Source: a virus
DNA length: 64,000 nt
Reading direction: 5' to 3' (one strand)
Virus record (IMG/VR): IMGVR_UViG_3300030497_000001
The position numbers and the translations under genes were made by a program. Below the pieces are notes generated by a model that was not told where the DNA came from, made no database searches, and saw nothing but the letters and a program-made list of their open reading frames with translations. Positions 62,032 through 64,000 of the stretch are shown here, one piece after another (position 1 is the first letter of the stretch; each line of letters begins with the position of its first letter).

Positions 62032-62192
62032 TAATGTTACACTCCTTTTTCTCTGAAATATAAAAAGAGTATTTTCATATCGTCTTAACTGCAAAGGGAG
62101 AGTATGCAATTAAGGCGATATAAAATACCCCTCACTAATAATGCCTTCAACTAAGGTGTTTTGTTAACCTTTTGATAAAATTCAGTTTTTAT

Positions 62193-63434
62193 CTAGAAGA
62201 ATGTTACCCATCTTACTTCGATTTCTCCATCTTCTCTAATGATGTGATAGCTCTGTGATGGCGATGAAACTTTGCGTAATTTATTCAATACGAAATCATC
62301 TGCACCCTTCAAGCTTCCACTTACTGAAATGAATTTATTATCATGTACTTCTTTTAAGAATCGTGTATGAGTGTGACCCATTAATACTAAGTCATAATCA
62401 ATACCGTCATTCTTAGAATGGTTTGCTAATAGATTAGGATTGTTCTGGTTGTCTAAATCACCATGTAATGCTAAAATATTCTTACCACCTACTACAAACG
62501 AATGTTTGTAATCTTCTGCTTGTTCATATGTGATTCTTTCGATTCTAGCATTTTCGATAAATTGCTTGATTGTATAATTGATAGCTTTAACCGCATGGTC
62601 ACCATCAATACCTTTATTCTTATCTCCATCTACTCTATCGTGATTTCCTGCTATGCCTGCGTATTTTACTTCTGCATATTCCGCAAGACCGATTAAGAAT
62701 TTTTGAATTAAATCAGATGCTCTTACAATCTGTTCTGAATATGAAAACTCTACTTTATAACCTTGTGCAAATCTCATAGAAGAATGTTCTACTGTATCTC
62801 CAAGATTCATAACATATACTTCTGAAATGTTGTTAGCTTTTATCTCTGCTACAATCTTGTTTAAATATTTCTGCATTCTTTTAATCGCAATATCATAATC
62901 ATATGTATTTACTTTATTATCAACAACTGCACCGATATGTAAATCAGATAAACTAACTACCATCTTAGACTTGCCAATAATATTGATAGGTTGTGCTTCA
63001 AATTTTAATGCAGTGAAATCATGTTCTTTTAATGCATTGCCAATTTGTTCTGCTGTGATAGCGAAATCAATCACATCTCGTTTAACTTTATTAAGCTCTC
63101 GTAGTACATGTTGATTCTCACGCTTCTCATACGCCACTTCTCCAACCAGTTCCTTGATTGATTCAAGCTTTGAGTCGGCTACCATGTTAGCATATTTAGG
63201 AGCTTCTGGAAGCTCTCCTACGCTCTTCTGGAAGGCTTTAATCATGCATCTATATGATTCATTGTTATCTGCATCAAAGTAGCCCTCACGCTCCATCATC
63301 TTAACTAGAAGTGACCATGAGCACTTTCTTGATGGTGATGCGTTCTGTAGTTCTTTCTTAATTCTAACAGCAGTATTTAAATGCTCTTCACTTACCTTGA
63401 TAAGTTCACCGCTCTTGTTAGTATATGACCTCAT
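62193..63434 (-). CDS. calcineurin-like metallophosphoesterase (Mre11/SbcD-like) with ~150-aa helical N-terminal domain
   Basis: LSDLHIG, NLGDTVEH, GIAGNHD, LALHGD, LMGHTH motifs in canonical order. ATG at 63434 is preferred over the GTG at 63443. Confidence 0.75.
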   Translation of the reverse strand: MRSYTNKSGELIKVSEEHLNTAVRIKKELQNASPSRKCSWSLLVKMMEREGYFDADNNESYRCMIKAFQKSVGELPEAPKYANMVADSKLESIKELVGEVAYEKRENQHVLRELNKVKRDVIDFAITAEQIGNALKEHDFTALKFEAQPINIIGKSKMVVSLSDLHIGAVVDNKVNTYDYDIAIKRMQKYLNKIVAEIKANNISEVYVMNLGDTVEHSSMRFAQGYKVEFSYSEQIVRASDLIQKFLIGLAEYAEVKYAGIAGNHDRVDGDKNKGIDGDHAVKAINYTIKQFIENARIERITYEQAEDYKHSFVVGGKNILALHGDLDNQNNPNLLANHSKNDGIDYDLVLMGHTHTRFLKEVHDNKFISVSGSLKGADDFVLNKLRKVSSPSQSYHIIREDGEIEVRWVTFF

Positions 63435-63451
63435 TGTAATCACCCTTACTC

Positions 63452-63652
63452 TTAGTCTTCTAATTCTGGTGCTTCATCGCCTGTAATTTCATTTTCTTCT
63501 TTAATAGAGAATGTAATTGTTTTTCCTTCAAATTCTTTTAAGATATCAAAGAAAGGGATTGTTAACACTTCTTCTTTTTTAACTTCGTAAATTACACCTT
63601 CTGCTAGGCTTAGTTCACCTTTTACTTGAAATGAATTTGTTCTTTTTGCCAT
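63452..63652 (-). CDS. hypothetical small protein
   Basis: Internal ATG (MAKRTNSF...) lies 10 nt after AAAGGAG. The longer track ORF has no RBS. Confidence 0.5.
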   Translation of the reverse strand: MAKRTNSFQVKGELSLAEGVIYEVKKEEVLTIPFFDILKEFEGKTITFSIKEENEITGDEAPELED

Positions 63653-63776
63653 TCTTAAAAACTCCTTTTTATTGTTTATAACACTAGAATAAGCCAAGAG
63701 CGTATGCCCTTGACCTTTTCTATTTCTCTTCCCGACCACTTGCTTACGCAAGAATTATTCTATTATGAGGAACAGC

Positions 63777-64000
63777 TTACGCTGTTACCTCTTTGTATCT
63801 ATCAGACTCAATTACATCTAACATCAACTCATATGCAGTCTTGCCATTCGCATCTAACAATTGCTTGAAGATGGATGGTGACAATCCAGATACTAATTGC
63901 ACTCCTTGCTCATTCATAGTAAACTGTGTGTTACTCACGAATGCGTTCACATTCCAGAATACTAAGTTTGGCAATTCGTAACCTTTAGCTTCGAATTTCT
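63777..64000 (-). CDS. C-terminal fragment of a larger protein (5' end beyond the window)
   Basis: The frame is open to nt 64000 (..KFEAKGYELPNLVFWNVNA..). The VFWN motif is reminiscent of DUF2828/vWA-like proteins, which is a weak assignment. Confidence 0.5.
   Translation of the reverse strand, partial: KFEAKGYELPNLVFWNVNAFVSNTQFTMNEQGVQLVSGLSPSIFKQLLDANGKTAYELMLDVIESDRYKEVTA

Noticed and set aside
63653-63751. N-terminal 33-aa extension of track ORF 63452-63751 (MRKQVVGKRNRKGQ...).
   Set aside because: There is no RBS at the upstream ATG. The internal ATG at 63652 follows AAAGGAG with suitable spacing.
1-64000. tRNA, rRNA, CRISPR arrays, group I introns/inteins, homing endonucleases, and a reverse transcriptase/DGR near the fibre genes.
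   Set aside because: The largest non-coding gap is about 175 nt (50191-50365) and is filled by a terminator and a promoter. thyA, dnaE and terL read through uninterrupted with conserved motifs in order. No HNH, GIY-YIG, LAGLIDADG or RT motifs were noticed.

Overview
AT-rich tailed-phage genome segment with Firmicutes/Bacillus-type signals: AGGAGG-class RBSs, frequent GTG/TTG starts, and TTGACA-N17-TATAAT promoters with an extended TG. The layout looks siphovirus-like, with a Dit/Tal baseplate and a giant tape measure protein. Two convergent arms meet at a bidirectional terminator near 20.15 kb. Arm 1 (nt 1-20165, + strand) carries early and middle genes in short promoter/terminator-delimited units. 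These include HD phosphohydrolases, two catalytically intact ClpP-like proteases, an ATP-dependent DNA ligase, and a Prs-like + NAMPT-like pair (NARP1-type NAD+ reconstitution candidate) split by three tandem small paralogs. The arm also encodes a YqeY-like protein, a lipoprotein, a HAD phosphatase, ThyA, DHFR, Tdk, a DnaE-type polymerase and a RuvC-like resolvase. Arm 2 (nt 20195-64000, - strand) runs, in transcription order: metallophosphoesterase, putative TerS, TerL, portal, protease/scaffold, capsid, connectors, major tail protein and chaperone. It continues with a tyrosine recombinase embedded in the tail operon, a 3057-aa tape measure, Dit, a permuted papain-like peptidase, Tal and three large fibre/RBP genes. 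It ends with the lysis cassette, a post-lysis Ig-like/LamG module and a stand-alone coiled-coil + winged-helix gene. The best lead is a 28-bp 11-6-11 lox/dif-like palindrome nested in overlapping inverted repeats, directly abutting the recombinase stop codon and preceding the tape measure start. No tRNA, rRNA or CRISPR array was seen. All functional calls rest on motif recognition by eye and need HMM or structure searches.
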